A stretch of 64,000 bases of DNA from Zygnema circumcarinatum SAG 698-1b (GCA_037447605.1 CM074812.1:2356001-2420000); one strand, 5' to 3'. Positions 22,711 through 40,588 are shown, counted from the stretch's first letter. Numbers and translations: made by a program. Notes: generated by a model not told the origin, from the sequence alone.

Positions 22711-24085
22711 GACCACGTGGCCTGATACGGACGCTGAGATATGCTGACCTGGCGATATGGCCATGCTGGCGCGGACGTGTCGTGCCACGTTGGCGCCACA
22801 CACAGCTCCTGGCCGCCTCCATACGGCTGACAGAACGAGTTGCTGTACAGTACTGTACTCTAGGGGCGGCAAAAAGACCGTACAAGTCCTCATTTCTCTC
22901 CTGCTGCTCCGATCTGTCGTTTGATTCTCTCTCCCCCTTCCTCTCTTTCTCTCCCTCCCTCCCTCCCTCCCTCCCTCTGTCTACTCCTCCGTTTCTTAAT
23001 TCAAGCACCTTTGCGGATCCATAGCGGGGAGCCTTCGTGCCGCATCTCGGTAACCCTAAAACGAGGTAGCGCAGTCTCGCAGAAGCCAGCGCCTGTGCGC
23101 GAGAGAAGAGGTCCTTCTTGTGATGTCTGTCGTCACGGATGCGAGATCTCTGGCCGACTTGTAGCGCATACGGATAGTGATGAAGAATGTGAGTGAGTGA
23201 GAGAGAGATAGAGTGTGAGAGTGAAGAGGGGGTCTGAGAGACTGAGAGGGAGAGAGAGGGAGCATTTACAAAGTTCTTTCCCCTTTCTCGACTTGCTCTC
23301 TATGCTCCTCTGTGCTCTCTTTCACCTCAACCTCTCTCGCTCTCTATATCCTCCCTCTCTCCCTCTTCTTTCAGTTCCCTCTCCTTTCCCGTCTTTAACT
23401 TGAGCTGAATGAGTTTCCTTTACGTAAGTGTCGATCATTGAAATTTCGAAATTGGAGAAAAAGACCATTATCTTTTTTTCTGTGTAGGATTCGATTGTGT
23501 TTTGCGTTGAACGCTGTGTAGAAAACGAAGAATCCAACTGTTAATATTTTATCTAACAGTATGTACAGAAGTATTTTGCGCATGAATGATTTCATCGGGC
23601 GGTTGCAGGAATCGACGGCTTTGTCCGATCAGCAGCAAGAGCAGCCGGGTAAGACTACTTCCAAGTTCCTTACCAGCAATATTCTCAGCTACAAATCAGA
23701 TACCATCTTGCTGAGTAAATGCACTCAATTTTGTAAATACATTGTCAAACTGCCTCCATAACAGGGCGGTATATATACGTATTGCGGTACATCTAGAGAC
23801 AGAGGTGGAGAAACGAGGGAGAGAGAGAGAGAGGCTGAGAAGGGGAGATTAGAGTTAGAGAGAGAGGGAAGAGATGTAGAGTATAGATTTAATCCTGAGG
23901 TTCTTCTTTTTAGTTTTTCTTTAGCACTGAACAATGTCAACACCATTAGTCAACTTTATGGTTGAGTATGCCTTCAAGAGACTACGCAAATGACCTGTTA
24001 GTGATGGTTTATTCGCTCTCAAATCAGTATGATAACTTCTTGACTGAGTTTTTAGATCCTTTTTTAGACCCCTAAATACCCTAAA

Positions 24086-27936
<3,851 letters not shown>

Positions 27937-30652
27937 AGGAAGGAGCATCTCGTCGTTCACTGCTAGGAAGAGACCTTCAATCCTCATCTCATTGAACAAA
28001 GGGCAACCGCAAGTAATAAAAAATACTAGGGAAATTAAGAAAAGGGATGAGGCATGTTTTGATAGTAGGACTTTTCTTTTTCTTTAGCGTATATGAGCGC
28101 GAGTGGGAGGGAAGGGAAGGCGGGAAAGGGAGGGAGAGAGCAGCAAGAGAGTGCGGGGCGGAGGCTTCAAAGTGGTTTGTGACTTGTGGGTAAATTTGGG
28201 GTTCTGAACTCGGCCTTCGAAACTGCTCATCTTCTTGGTAGCATCTTGCTCGGCCAGTTCGTGCCTTCTTGGTTGAAATCGACCGAACTATGCGTTCTAT
28301 TAGTGACTCGCACACGCGGCAATTCATGATCCATGATTTGAGGCGGATCCCTCCCTCCCACTCTCTCTCCGTCCCTCCCTCTGTATTCCTCCCTCCCTCC
28401 CTCCCTCCCTCTATCTCATCCTATGCTTTGGGGCAGCACGCAATATAGAAAATGGCGGCTCTTTGACTACTTTAGCTACTGCGCTTTCCGTCTGTCTTCA
28501 TCCCTCCTCTCTCCCCCCCGCACTATCTCCCTCCCTCTCTCCCACTTTCCCTCCCTCCTCTCTCTCCCTCCCACTCCCCCCTTTCCCCCTTTCTGTCCTC
28601 TCTCTCTCTGTGCGTGCACAAGCGGCAATCCATGATCCAAGATCCATGATTTGTGGCGGAATGTGATGATTGTGGTGCTTTGAAAAGTGTGCGCGTATCC
28701 TCTTGAAAGCGAGTGCAGGCGGTGCGCGCACACGCCTCGGAGGCGGCGAACAGTTCGCTGGCAGTTCTCTGTCCAAGAGCACGGACGGACTGGAGGGAAG
28801 CACATGGTGACTGCAGTCCCGTTGAAATGTACGGAGGCGAACTGCACGTGTTATACAAATACTGTGCAGTTAGTCCGTACAAGGGGTCGCGGCGATTGTA
28901 CACTGTAGCCGATGCTAAAAAGATACAGTACGATACGGTACGGTATTGTATGGTACGATACGTACGGTTTAACATGAACTCTAACATAATACCGCCCGTC
29001 TATTGGTAACACGAACCTTATATTTGCAAAATCAATATTTTCGCCTCATATTGGCCAAAACCCATGGCGAAAATATGACGACTGTTGACTGTAGGCAAAA
29101 ACGGTATGAAGGCGTACGAGTCAGCTCAGGGCCGGGCGGCTGACAGCTTGGAAGGGGGGTGGACCTGGATCCACGCCGGGATCGCTGACACTCGATCAAC
29201 ATGCTGCATGCTTTTTGGCAAGTCAACCAACAGCTGTTTGCCCCATTCCACCATTATTCCACTGTTGCTTTCGATTTCCTCCGCACTCTCTCCATCAAGC
29301 GCGTTAGCAACGTGGTTTGTCGTTTTTCCACGTGGCGCACGCTCCGCATGGTTTCATTCCTGACAAATCCGACAGTCGAAAGTTCGCGCTGCCCGATGTC
29401 ACGTCACAGCACACACCGCCGTGACACCTTCGTTGACCAGGCCACGACAATAACAAAAGCGTCGTCACGTGGCCGATTGTCCGCCGTACGTTGCGCTCGG
29501 GAGATGGATCGGACGGTCAGAATGCTCCTCTGAAACCTTTCCTGCCCGCGAGATAATTTCTGACGTCCTGCACGGCCGCCACGTTTCAGGACGGGCTGCT
29601 TAAACTTGTTCCGTGGCCGTACGCTCAGTCGGCCATCGAAAATGCGACCCCGACGCTACGGACAAGAGACTACGAATCTCGACTGTACCAAACGGCCTAC
29701 GAACGGACAAGGAATGCCGCCCGAGGACGCGTACGGTCTGCTTTGTCGTATAAGGCTGTCCGGTCTCCCAAGTCGCGCTCACACTCGCGGACGACGACGG
29801 ACCCGCTTGCGATTCACACAACGAATTATTGCTGCTGCTTCTAAAGTAGTCACACGGGCGTACGAAAACTGTAAGTGGTCATCGAAATACGGATCCCGTC
29901 CGCACCGAACGGCCAGACAAGGCCGCGGCCAGACCTGCCCGCGGCGGCGGCTGTCAGGTTTGTCGTTTTGTACGCGAAGTCAGCCTGTCCCGATCGCCGC
30001 GCCGCCAAAAGTGAAACGTTTCGCGCGTGCGGATTCGATCCGGTGGAAGAAGCTGAGGGAGAGGGAGAGGGAGAGGGTGAGGGAGAGGGAGAGGGTGAGG
30101 GAGAGGGAGAGGGCGAGAGATAGTGACAGGGAGAGGGGGAGAGGGAGAGGGAGGAAGGGAGAGGGAGGAAAGGAGAGGGAGGAAAGGAGAGTGAGAGATT
30201 GGCGAAGGATAACCGGAGCGGGGCGGCGAGTGGAGGTGTTCGAGCCATGGCGGGGGCGACCTCGCGCATTCAAACAAGGGCGGTGAAGGTACGGAAGAAG
30301 GAAGGAAGGAAAAGGGGAGGAAGCGGGCAGGCCTGCTTGCGCAGTAGGGGATTATTTGAGTCTTATTTTTGGGAGAATAATGAAAAAGGGTATTTCTTAT
30401 GGGCGAGAGAGTGAGGCGCGGCCTTGAATGGGAAAAGGACGGAGAGTAGTGATCGTTGAGGGAAGCGATGAGGCCGTCCGGATTTATGGCTTCACTTCTG
30501 TGGTCGCTCTTCTTCTTGCTGCTTTGGAGCCGAGACGGCTCTTGAATCTGAATGAGTGAATAAATGAATCGTCAGAAATATGAAGTATGAAAGCGGTTGA
30601 ATTGTGCGGGGCAGTTTGGCTTCCTTCTTTGCAGGATTGGCGTTGGGGCGCC

Positions 30653-33600
30653 ATGGCACAGCGAGTGGGGATGGCGGCGCTGGTCGTGCTCGCTCTCACG
30701 GGCGGGGGACGAGGGCAAGGTGGGGTGATGGGGCTGGAGGGAGGNNNNNNNNNNCGTATCGGTTGCTTTGCCGGTTGGGTGGATTGATGGATGCACCTGC
30801 TAGGGGGGGGAGAGGGGGAGACAGAGGGGGAAAGAGAGGGGTGGAGAGAAGGGGGAAGAAAGGGCGGGAGAGAGGGGGGGAGAGAAGGGGGGAGAGAGGC
30901 TGTGAGAGAGCGGGGGATAGAGGAGGAGAGAGACGGGTGAAGTTGGGGGGGGAGAGGGGGGAGCGAGAGGTGCAGGGAGTGGGGGAGAGTGAGTGGAGGG
31001 ACGGGGGAGAGAGGGTGGGAGAGAGTGGGGAGAGAGGGGCGGAGAGAGGAGGAAGAGGAAGGGAGAGAGGGTGAGAGAGAGGGGGCGAGAGGGGGGAAGA
31101 GAGGGTGGGAGAAAGGGTTAGAGAGAAAAAGGGGGGGGAGAGGAGAAGGGGGGGGGGAGAGCGGGGGGCTGAGAAGGGGCAGAGAGGTTGGGCGAAAAGG
31201 GGGTTGGGAAGGGGGAGAGAGGGAGACAGAGGGGGGGGGGGTGGGGGAAGAGAGTGGAAAAGAGTGGGAGAGGAGAGGGGGCGAGAGAGGGAGAAGAGTG
31301 ATTGGGCGAGAGAGGGGGGAGAGGATGGGGGAGGTTCTGGGAGAGTCGGGGGGAAAGAGGAGGGGAGTGGGGTGAAGTTGGGGGGGAGAGGGGGGAGAGA
31401 GATGGAAGAGAGAGGGGAAGGAGGGGGGAGAGAGGGTGGGAGAGAAGAGCGGAGAGAAGGGGAAGAGGATGGGAGAGAGAGTGGGAGAAAGGTTGGAGAG
31501 TGGGGGAGAGGGAGGGCAGAGGGGAGGGGGGGGGGGAGAGGGGGGAGGTTGTGAGAAAGGGGGAGAGGGGATGTAGGGGGAGAGAGAGAGGGGGCAGAGA
31601 GGGAGGGAAAAAGGTCGGGAAAAGAGGGTGGTAGAGAGGGGGGAAAGAGGGTGGGAGAGTGGGGGGGAGAGATGAGGGGAGAGAGGGGGGAGAGAGGGGG
31701 GTAGAGAGGGGTGAGATGAAGGGGGAAAGAGAGGCGGGGGAGAGGGGGGGAGAGAGGTTGGGGAGATTTATCGTGGACGTGAAAGCTTTGAGTGGGGGCT
31801 GTGGGTCGTGCTATTCTGCTGGAAAGAAGAGACCCAAGTCAGTCCTTGTCAGTTGTGAGATTTTTTAAGAGCTCTTCATGTGTAGTCTTACTGCATTGCT
31901 TCCCGCCTGCGTCTCAGGAGGGAGGGAGAGAGTGCTATGTATGATATTTTCTTAGTGTCGCCTTCCCTTTTTTGCTCCTTACATCCTTCTTTAAAAATTG
32001 ACTCGGAACAGGAGAAAGGGCTACTCTTGAACTGGGTCAGACAGACACAACTCGGCGGAGTCTGCTTCCGACATCTACTGACGGTCAGCGTCTGCCCATA
32101 ACGGCGTCAAAATGGAATTGTTCGTTGAACTTTTGTATGCACATGCATTTCATTAGGCAATTTCCTAGTCTATCTTTCGCCTCTATGTGTTTGCATCTTG
32201 TTTTTCTTATTTTTTGTTTTATGTTCTTTTTAATATGCATTTCACTATTTTTGTTTGTTCATTGTTGTTTTCTTGTCGTATTTTCATGTTGCTTTTCGTT
32301 TACTTTCAGGCATTTGTGGGCTTGCGGCACAGCTGCAATGCCGGGGTACTGCGTGCTGCTCGAAATACAACTTCTGCGGCTTCACGGCGGATTTCTGTGG
32401 TGCCGGATGTCAGGCAGCGTACGGAGCATGTGGTAAGCTGTTCCCCTACCACTTCCACTGGCAGGGTGGATCCTGGATCCAGGCCAGGGTGGATCCTGGA
32501 TCTAGGTTCGTTTGTGTTTTGGGTATTTTGTTCAATGGCTTGGTCATCTCAGGTTTTGTAAAGTGACGCCTCTGGTTAACCATGACCGAGAATTGAGCTG
32601 AGAACAGTCCTTGCGTGACTAAGGACAGAAGGAACTTCTCATTGTAACGTTTGCAAGATGAGCATCTGTACTTCAAAACGACTGCATGCATGTTTGTCGG
32701 ACCGTTGAAGTTTGATAACATGAAGCATATATGGAATAAATCCTTCGCACGATTCTTTCGAGCATTCGTCTCCGTAAGATCAAAAAAATGTTTTGAGTGG
32801 GGGGCTGAGAGGAGGCAGAGAGGTTGGGGATAAAGGGCGGGAGAGTCGGAGAGAGAGGGAGGCAGACGGGGGGGGGAGAGTGTTTTCTCCATCTGACTGC
32901 TCTACAGAAGTGTGCTTCTAAAACAACACTGTTTTTTTCTCCTCGATCGTTTCCTTTCCGATGCTTCACCAATCTTCATTCGGAAAATTGGGAGTTGGAT
33001 TTTTTCATAGAGAGCTCTTTCCAAGTGAATTAGTTCCATTCAGTACTCTCCCTTCAACCAGCTACGCAACAGATGCATTGCTCCTCCACTTATTCCCGAT
33101 CTTCGGGGAAGAGAGAGGTTGGGGAGTGTGGCGGGGAGAGAGGTGGGGAGAGAGGAGGGGAAAGAGAGGGGTGGAGCGGAGTGGGAGAGACGGGTAGAGA
33201 AAGGGGGCAAGAGAGGGGGGAGAGGGGGGGAGAGTGGGGGAGAGAGAGGGGTTGGGGAGAGGTATCGTGGACGTAGACGGTGAGAGTGGGAGTAGTGGTT
33301 CTTACTATACTGCAGGATAGGAGAAACCCTAGTTAGTCCTCCAGTTGGACATTTTGTAAAGAGCTGACTCGTCTACTTGTACAGTCTTGCTGCATTCCTC
33401 TCCGCGTGCATCTCCATTGCTTCCACGAGCTAAAAAAGATTGAGAGTGGTATAGCCTGAGATAACTTGTGTACGCGATCTAGAATACGTTACAATTCGAT
33501 AAATCGATACGCGAATTATACTGATAATGATGATAATATCATCATCGACATAATTCACCTTCTGCTCCATTTTTATGGTTGGTTGTGCAGGAGGATGTGC

Positions 33601-35955
33601 GGGCCTAACAAATGCCTTCAGCTATTTCGATTATATTGATTCTCTGGGGAACGATCTCTCTTCAGCCAATGTGTCAACCAATGCCGAGTGCCTTTCGCTG
33701 TGCAATGACGATTGCTTCTGCCTCGGATTTGCTACAACTCCGAGAGATTCAGATCTCGGATGTTACCTGAAAACTGCTGTTCCCAACAAACAGAGCTCTG
33801 ACTTGAATAAGTTGTATGCACGAGTACCCATACCATCTTCTGGCGGTAATTTTCGAAATCACCTTCCCTATTCTCTCACCGTTACATCCCTAGAGATTAG
33901 GAGGGCACTGTTAGATTCGGTCTACTTTGTAGGGAGCTCACTTTTTCGTTTTGAATCAGTCTTGAATGCGTGGTCAGTTGGCAGTTGACTGCGTAGTCAG
34001 TCTGGTCAGTGATGAGTTTTTTTAAGATCTGCCTCGTTTGCTTGTACAGTCTTGCTGCATTTTTCCCCTTCTCATCTCCACCGCTTCCATGACTCTAAAC
34101 ATATGTAGATTGGTATAGCCATAGACACTGACGATGCGATAACGCGAATTATACGGCTAATGATGATAATATTATCATCGATATCATTCATCATTTGCTT
34201 CATTTTTTATGTTCGACTGTGCAGGAGAATGTGCGGGCCTGGCAGATACGTTCACCTTTTCCAATAATACTGATTCTAATGGGAACGACTACACACATGT
34301 GACTGTGTTAACTGATGAAGATTGCATACCCCTCTGCGCAAGCAACTGCTCGTGTCTCGGATTTGTTACAGTTCTGGTAGATGACAGGCTCGAATGTTAC
34401 CTGAAAACTGATGTTTCCAACACACACAGCGTAGAATCTGTTAAGCTGTACGTGCGCGACGGTAAGTTATCAATTCTTCGAAGTTCAATCAGTCTTATCT
34501 TCAGCTTGACTACTAATCTCACGGCTAAACCTTTGCTCTCAGTTTGGAACAAAAAAAAAAAATGGATCCTCACTGTTCACGTGCATACACTGGACAATTA
34601 ATCTCTGTAGTTTTTTTATTGTTGCACAAAGATTGGACATAGTCAAGAAAGTACCATCTTTGACGAAAACCATATTTTTTGCAGCTGCAGTAATCCCCCC
34701 TCCTCCACCACCATCACCCTCACCGCCACCTCCCCTTAACACAAATGGTAATTCTGAAAACGAGATTTGTTCCCCACATTGATGCTTTTTCAAGTGTTCC
34801 GATTCTTTCGTAGAATCCTTGCGTTTTCTCAATTCCTGTATCCTCCCTCCTGCAGTCCATCTTCTTCATCTCCATCGAATGTACCTTGATTACAAACTAG
34901 ATCACAGACTACTTACCGGCTATTGTGAAAGAGGCTATTTCTATACAGACTCATTGAATTCTTGTGTTTTCTCAATTGCAGTAGCTGCTCCTCCGGAATC
35001 AGTACCCCCACCGCCACCGTCCTCCAACGGAATCGGTACTTCTGAACCCGACCTACATCTTCATACTTTTTACCTTTTCTTTATTGAGAGTGTGGAAGAT
35101 TACTTACAGAGTGTCGCCTTTTAGCTTGCAGCTTGCAGTTGTTGACAATGAAATCTGACACTTTTTCAAGCTTTCGATAGTCTCATTGAATTCTTGACTT
35201 TTTTCATTCGCAGTATCCTCCCCTCCTCCAGCAGCAGTACCCTCCCCATCCCCATCTTCATCCCCACATGCCGGTAATGTTCAACACCACCTTCGTTATT
35301 CTCTCACCTTTTCAGACGTAGAAATTAGGAGATCCCTTTCTATTTTAGTAAGTAGCTCACATTTTCATTTTTGAAAGAAGCGCAAGTGCTGTTGGCATTT
35401 AACGTCCTAAACATTATAACGCTAAAATCTAGCGTCATCAGGTTCAGAGCTTTTTTTTTTTTGCGTAGTCAAAACTATGTTCTGTTTGTTTTTGGATCCG
35501 AGGCATATTTTTTTTTTCTTTGTGTTTTATAAATAATTTAAGACATTCCAATACTCAGTATGACAGATTTTTTTATAATTGCATTTTTGAATAACCGTAG
35601 AGATCATAACAAGGTGTGTTGGGTTTTATTTTCCGCAGGTGCGATTGGCGCGATTAGTGCAGCTGTGATAACCGGTGTGGGAGCCATTGTGGCGGCAATT
35701 ATTACTACCTACAAATGCAAGCGTAAACCTCCACCTCCCGGCAACGCTACTCCGTTAATGGCTTTAAATCCAAACGGAAGCGACAGCGCAAGAAACATCG
35801 AACTTGCCGTCAGCGACAGGGCACATCCACCTCAACCTGCACCTGCACCTGTACCTCATTATATTTTTAATATTAATAATAGTAGTACAAATGCAAGCGC
35901 AGGTATTGTGTTAAACGATCACTTAGGTGTGCCACGTCAGCGCCCGCATGAGTGA
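30653..35955 (+). CDS. Type I membrane receptor-like protein: signal peptide, hevein/CBM18 chitin-binding domain, 2x PAN/Apple, Pro/Ser-rich stalk, TM, short tail; no kinase domain
   Basis: Exons 30653-about 30773 (N gap), 32310-32432 (CGLAAQLQCRGTACCSKYNFCGFTADFCGAGCQAAYGAC), 33591-33845 and 34225-34461 (DSxGND..C..LC...C.C.GF....CYLK), 34691-34747, 34982-35035, 35214-35273 and 35639-35955 (AIGAISAAVITGVGAIVAAIITTY-KCKRK). All internal exon lengths are multiples of 3 with phase-1 introns. Confidence 0.85.
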
Positions 35956-37093
35956 GTTTGTTTGAGTTTGTTCGTTCCTTTTTAGAACAAGTCTGAACCC
36001 ATGTTGAGAGATGCGTAACAGTACGTATTTAGTTACGCTACTTATTTAATGAGAACGGGTCGAAGTAGAGGCAGGCGAAGGGCTGAGCCAAGACTCGAGG
36101 TTCATTGAACCTGACCCCTCTCCTGTACGGTATGCTGATGTTTTTATTTTTGAGCGAGGAAGGGGCTTCTCTGGTGGCCCGAGTGGGCAGTTATGAATCG
36201 GATGCTCTCCGGTCAAGGGAGGGAGAGGGAGGGAGATGGAGGGAGAGTGAGAATGAGGGAGAGGGAGAGGGAGGCAACTGAAGGCGAGGGGAAGATTTTT
36301 AAAATAACTGACCTTTAAATTTAGTCCTCACATTAGGCTCCTTACATTAGGACTTCCATTGGTAAAGGCTGAAGGGGTGGATATGAGGTTTAAGATATTC
36401 TTATTGGGGGTTTGGAATACAGTTAAAGTGGAAGGGAGGAGGGAGAGAGAGGAGGGAGGGAGAGGGAGGAGGGAGCGCGAGATTAGACAGGGAAAGGTGG
36501 GAAGGGAGGAGTGAGGAATTCCATCAAAAAGTTTTGTTTGAACAAAACTTCCTGATGTGATACTTTCATTTTTATGGTACACGTTTTTTCTAGAGAGGAT
36601 GTTCCTCAATAATGGAACAAAAATATGGTCCATTCTTTTGTGTTTTATTCTTTCACCCACTCTCCACCTCCCCCTCTCCCTCCCCTCCCTCCCCCCCCCT
36701 CAAATCCCTCCCTCTCATTCCCATCTGCAACTCCTCTCTTTCTCCCTCTCCTTCCTCCTGCCCATCTTCTTTGTAAGAGTTAAAATCGTGTTGAACTGCG
36801 CAAATAACGCTACACGGAAACGGCCATGGAAACGTGCACGTCGAGTCAGTTCCCGCGTTCGTTTAAAAATGTCGGCCACCGTTTGTCGGCGCTGTCCTAT
36901 TTGACCGACACTAACGACAAAAAACATCTGTGACGCGTCCTTGGAGAGGGAGAGGAGTCGCGTCCTTGGACGGACGCGTCACGTCACGTCTCGTCTTCGG
37001 CCACGAGGCTGGCCCCTCCTCCACTTCTCTTTCTTCGGCCGTACAGTACCTCCGTCCCTTTCTCCCGCTCTCCCTCCCCGTACGGAGGCAGCC

Positions 37094-39604
37094 ATGGCTG
37101 CTCGCGGCCTCTTCCTGCTCTGCCACGTGGCGATCCTGCTGGCGCCCACGTCAGCGTACGAACGCCACGTGTCGGTCGCTGGTTGGAAGATGTCCGTCCC
37201 GTGGCACTACGGTATGCAGGAGAAGGCCAGAACCAGAGTGCAGGCGAGGGACAGTTTGCGGCGCGTGGCGAAAAAGCTAAATCGCATTGCGGACAATGGG
37301 ACGGCGGAGATCCCCGCGAGGGCGAGGATCTGGACAATGGACGGTCCCAGTTTGACGGAGGTGGAGGTGCCGCCAGATGGCAGGCTGCCAGTGGACAGCT
37401 CGCTCTGCGCGCTGGAGATGAACGACACGTCGAGGCCGATTGTAGGTGGGGGAGAGAGGGGGGGAAGGGGTGGGGAGGGAGAGGAGTGGGGTGGGGGGAG
37501 GGGGGAAGGGGAGAGGGAGTGGGAAGGGGAGGGGGGGAGAGGAGAGAGGGACGGGACGGGAGGGGAGGGGAGGGGGAGGGGAGAGACGGGAGGGGAGGAA
37601 AATTTTGATGAGGGAGGGGGAGGGGGAGGGGGAGAGAGAGGGGGAGAGAGATAGAGAGAGGCAATACAGGAGACGGAAAGTCGAGAGTTGAAACTGAGAG
37701 AGAGGGGGGGAGGGGAGGGCGAGGTAAAAGGGAGTGTGAAGGGAAGGTGACACGGAGAGTGATGGAGAAATGCAATGCAGGAGAGGACGATCGGAGAGGA
37801 GAGAGGAGGGCATGGGGATGGATCGGGAGGGGAGGGCATTGAAAATGCGGAAGGTGTTAGGGAAGGGAAGAGAGGTATATATGGAGGGATATGAGAGTGG
37901 AGAGGAAGGGGGTGAGAGAGAAAAGAAGTTGGGGAATGGGGAGATGGGAGAGGAAGCGAAGGAGAGGGAGCGGGAAGAGGCAAAAGGGAGTCAGAAGGGT
38001 GGGTAGGGTATGGGAGGAGGGACGGTGGGGGGGGAGAGAGAGAGGGGGTGGGGAGGGTGGTGCAGGAGCGGGGAGGTGGAGAGAGAGAGGGGGCAAGCGG
38101 GAGGGAGCTTTGATACAAGGAAGGGGTGGTTTGAGTAGAGTGGGAGGAGAGACCAAGGGGTCAAGGGAAGTGGAGGGAGAGGGAGGGAGGGAGGGAGGGA
38201 CGGAGGGGCGGACGAATGTCAAACTTTAAACATTGTTCCGGAATGCAATGTACCTTACTTTCTTGAAAACAGTTTTTGCATAGCTCATCAATTCGCTTAT
38301 GTGTGTTCTCCGACCAACCCAACTCAAAGCAAATCCTCAACCACCCAAATGCTTTATCGTTTCCGCTTCCACATTGTTATGTGAGCCTCAAGTCGACTCC
38401 TGCATGTCATGTGTATTAATGTTTCCCCCACACCACCTTTTTTTTTTTTTCAATGCAGTCAGATGCTCAGTTTCTGGCTTCAAAATTTTTGGCGGTGTAC
38501 CATCTTCCGGAGCAGCTCTCAAAGGCGCGACTTCATATGATCGAGGCCCTTTTTATAGCGCAGAAAACCCGCCGAATACTCATTCTGCCTCGCGTGGGGA
38601 GGAGCAAAATCGACATGTTTCAGCCATACCCGTTCTGTACTTATTTCGATGTGAATAGATTGGGGACACGTGTTCGATGGGTAACTTACGAGTTCTATGT
38701 GGCAACTATGTTACGTTTGGGCGTAGTGCCACGTGTCCGTTATTTATGCGTGACTAGAACCAGTATGGCGAGGAGCTTCCTTCCATGTAGAACGGAAGTT
38801 GAGAGCACTCAAACCTATAGGGGGCTCCCTCTCATGGCTCTCACTCATGGGGTGCCCCCGAATGCGACAAATACGTTGACTTTTCTGCACTACTATTCCG
38901 ATGGATGGCTGCCACCTGGAGGCTTCCCAATGGATGAGTTTTTTGAACGAGTAGAGCCCTTAAAAGCCGACCTTTTAGTTCTCTCAAAGATGACTTTCTG
39001 GAATGTCTCGTCGGAAAGGTTTTTGGCTCGAAAGCACGATGTTCGGTTTGCACCCCAATTGGTGGAATTGGCGAAGCAGGCGGGGGATGAGTTTGGACCC
39101 AACTATGTGGGAGTCCACTTGCGGTGGGAGTGGATCGGACACCAAACAAGATCAACGAACGTGATTGGTCGGAACACCGTCAAATGCTGCAAAGGGTTAC
39201 GAAAGTTGATCCGACATCCTGAAAGTTTTCGACTCTCGTGGGCTAATTCTCGGGTCTATTTCGCAAGTGATGTCTCCCCCAAGTCCTTTGACGTATATTC
39301 GAACTCATTTTCGGACCCCGAAAAAGCAATTAAGTGTTTGAGAGGGCTTGTGAATGAAAGCAATGCGCTCTCTCTGGAAGACTTCCAAGCTCTCTCTAAT
39401 AGGACTAGTTCAACTTATGAGTTCCTTGACTATGGACTGAAAGGAATTTTGGACAAGTTGATATGTGGCCTAGCGAAGCACTTTGTTAGCGGGCCGGCGG
39501 CTTGCGGGGGAGGCCATAGCTTTGAGCAGGAAATTTTGTACTATAGAAGTGTGTTTCGGCTGCCGAGGGGTTCACACCAAAGGTGGAAACTTTCAAGAGG
39601 ATAG
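37094..39604 (+). CDS. GDP-fucose protein O-fucosyltransferase-like (O-FucT, GT-B fold) protein
   Basis: Exon 1 37094-37445 (hydrophobic N-terminus MAARGLFLLCHVAILLA) joins in phase 1 to exon 2 38463-39604. Motifs PEQLSKAR..AQKTRRILILP, YVGVHLRWE, VYFASD and LDKLICGLAKHFV. Confidence 0.7.
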
Positions 39605-40588
39605 TTTTTTTTTTTTTTTTTTTTTTTTTTTCTTGTAAATAATTTCGAGTTCTTTTTTCACTCAGTAGTATTAAATTTTGGGTTTATTTTGACATTTTGG
39701 GTTTTGGGGTGCTGTATGGAAGCTATCGGATATGCTGATAGTTGATCATGCTCAGTCAAACTCATGATCGGCTGGAAAAGCTTTGCACAATCAAAAATAG
39801 TACACCGCAAAAAAGAACCCATCGGCAAGTTTGCATCTTGCGGAACAAGACAATCATGTCAGTGAAATTCAAACAAAAAAAGAAAAAGAAAAATTACAAT
39901 TCACAGGATTGGTGAAAGAAATTTGGTTTTTGGGTTTTTAGTTTTTTTTTTTTTTCATTAAATACACAACCGACATGGAGCATGGAACTTGGAGCTTGCC
40001 TGCGTGATTTGTCATCTCACCATCTCTATCTCTCCCACTCTCTCCATCTCTCACTCTCAACATTCTCTCGCCCTGGCTCTCTCTCTCGCTGTCGTTTCTC
40101 TCGACCCTCTGGTCCACCAAATGACCCAACGAGGGAGACACTTCTCCCTCACCCTCAACCTACTCCCGCCCATAAATACCCGTTTCATTTTTAAAAATAC
40201 GTCGTCTAAATGCTCCTTATCTCAAATACACCAAAATTTCCTCCAATCAAAAGCAAACTTTCAAAAAAAAAAAATATGTCTAGCCCCCTCCTCCCCGTCC
40301 CCCCTCTCCTCCTCCCATCAACCTCCAACCATACTTCCCACTCTACACCTTCTCTAACACACTTCACACCCTTAACTCTATAAGCATCCACTCCCCCCCT
40401 TTATCTCTCTACCCCACTCTCTCTGCCCCCCCCTCTCTCTCTCCCCTTCTCTCTCTCTCCCCCCTCCCACCCCTTCATGCCTTCGGACTGTCGGCTACTC
40501 TAACGGAAGCCTTCACTCCCTCTGCCCCCCTCCCTTATTCTCTACTCCCCCTCCCTCTCTCCCTCCCACTCCCCCCCCACTCACCCCT

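Noticed and set aside
23561-23761. Possible CDPK N-terminal exon (MNDFIG..NILSYKSD)
   Set aside because: The available donors are phase 1 while the downstream acceptor (24067) needs phase 0; not joinable as read.
30653-39604. O-FucT acting on the neighbouring Cys-rich receptor
   Set aside because: No C-X4-S/T-C or C-X2-S/T-C consensus in the hevein/PAN domains; adjacency alone is not evidence.
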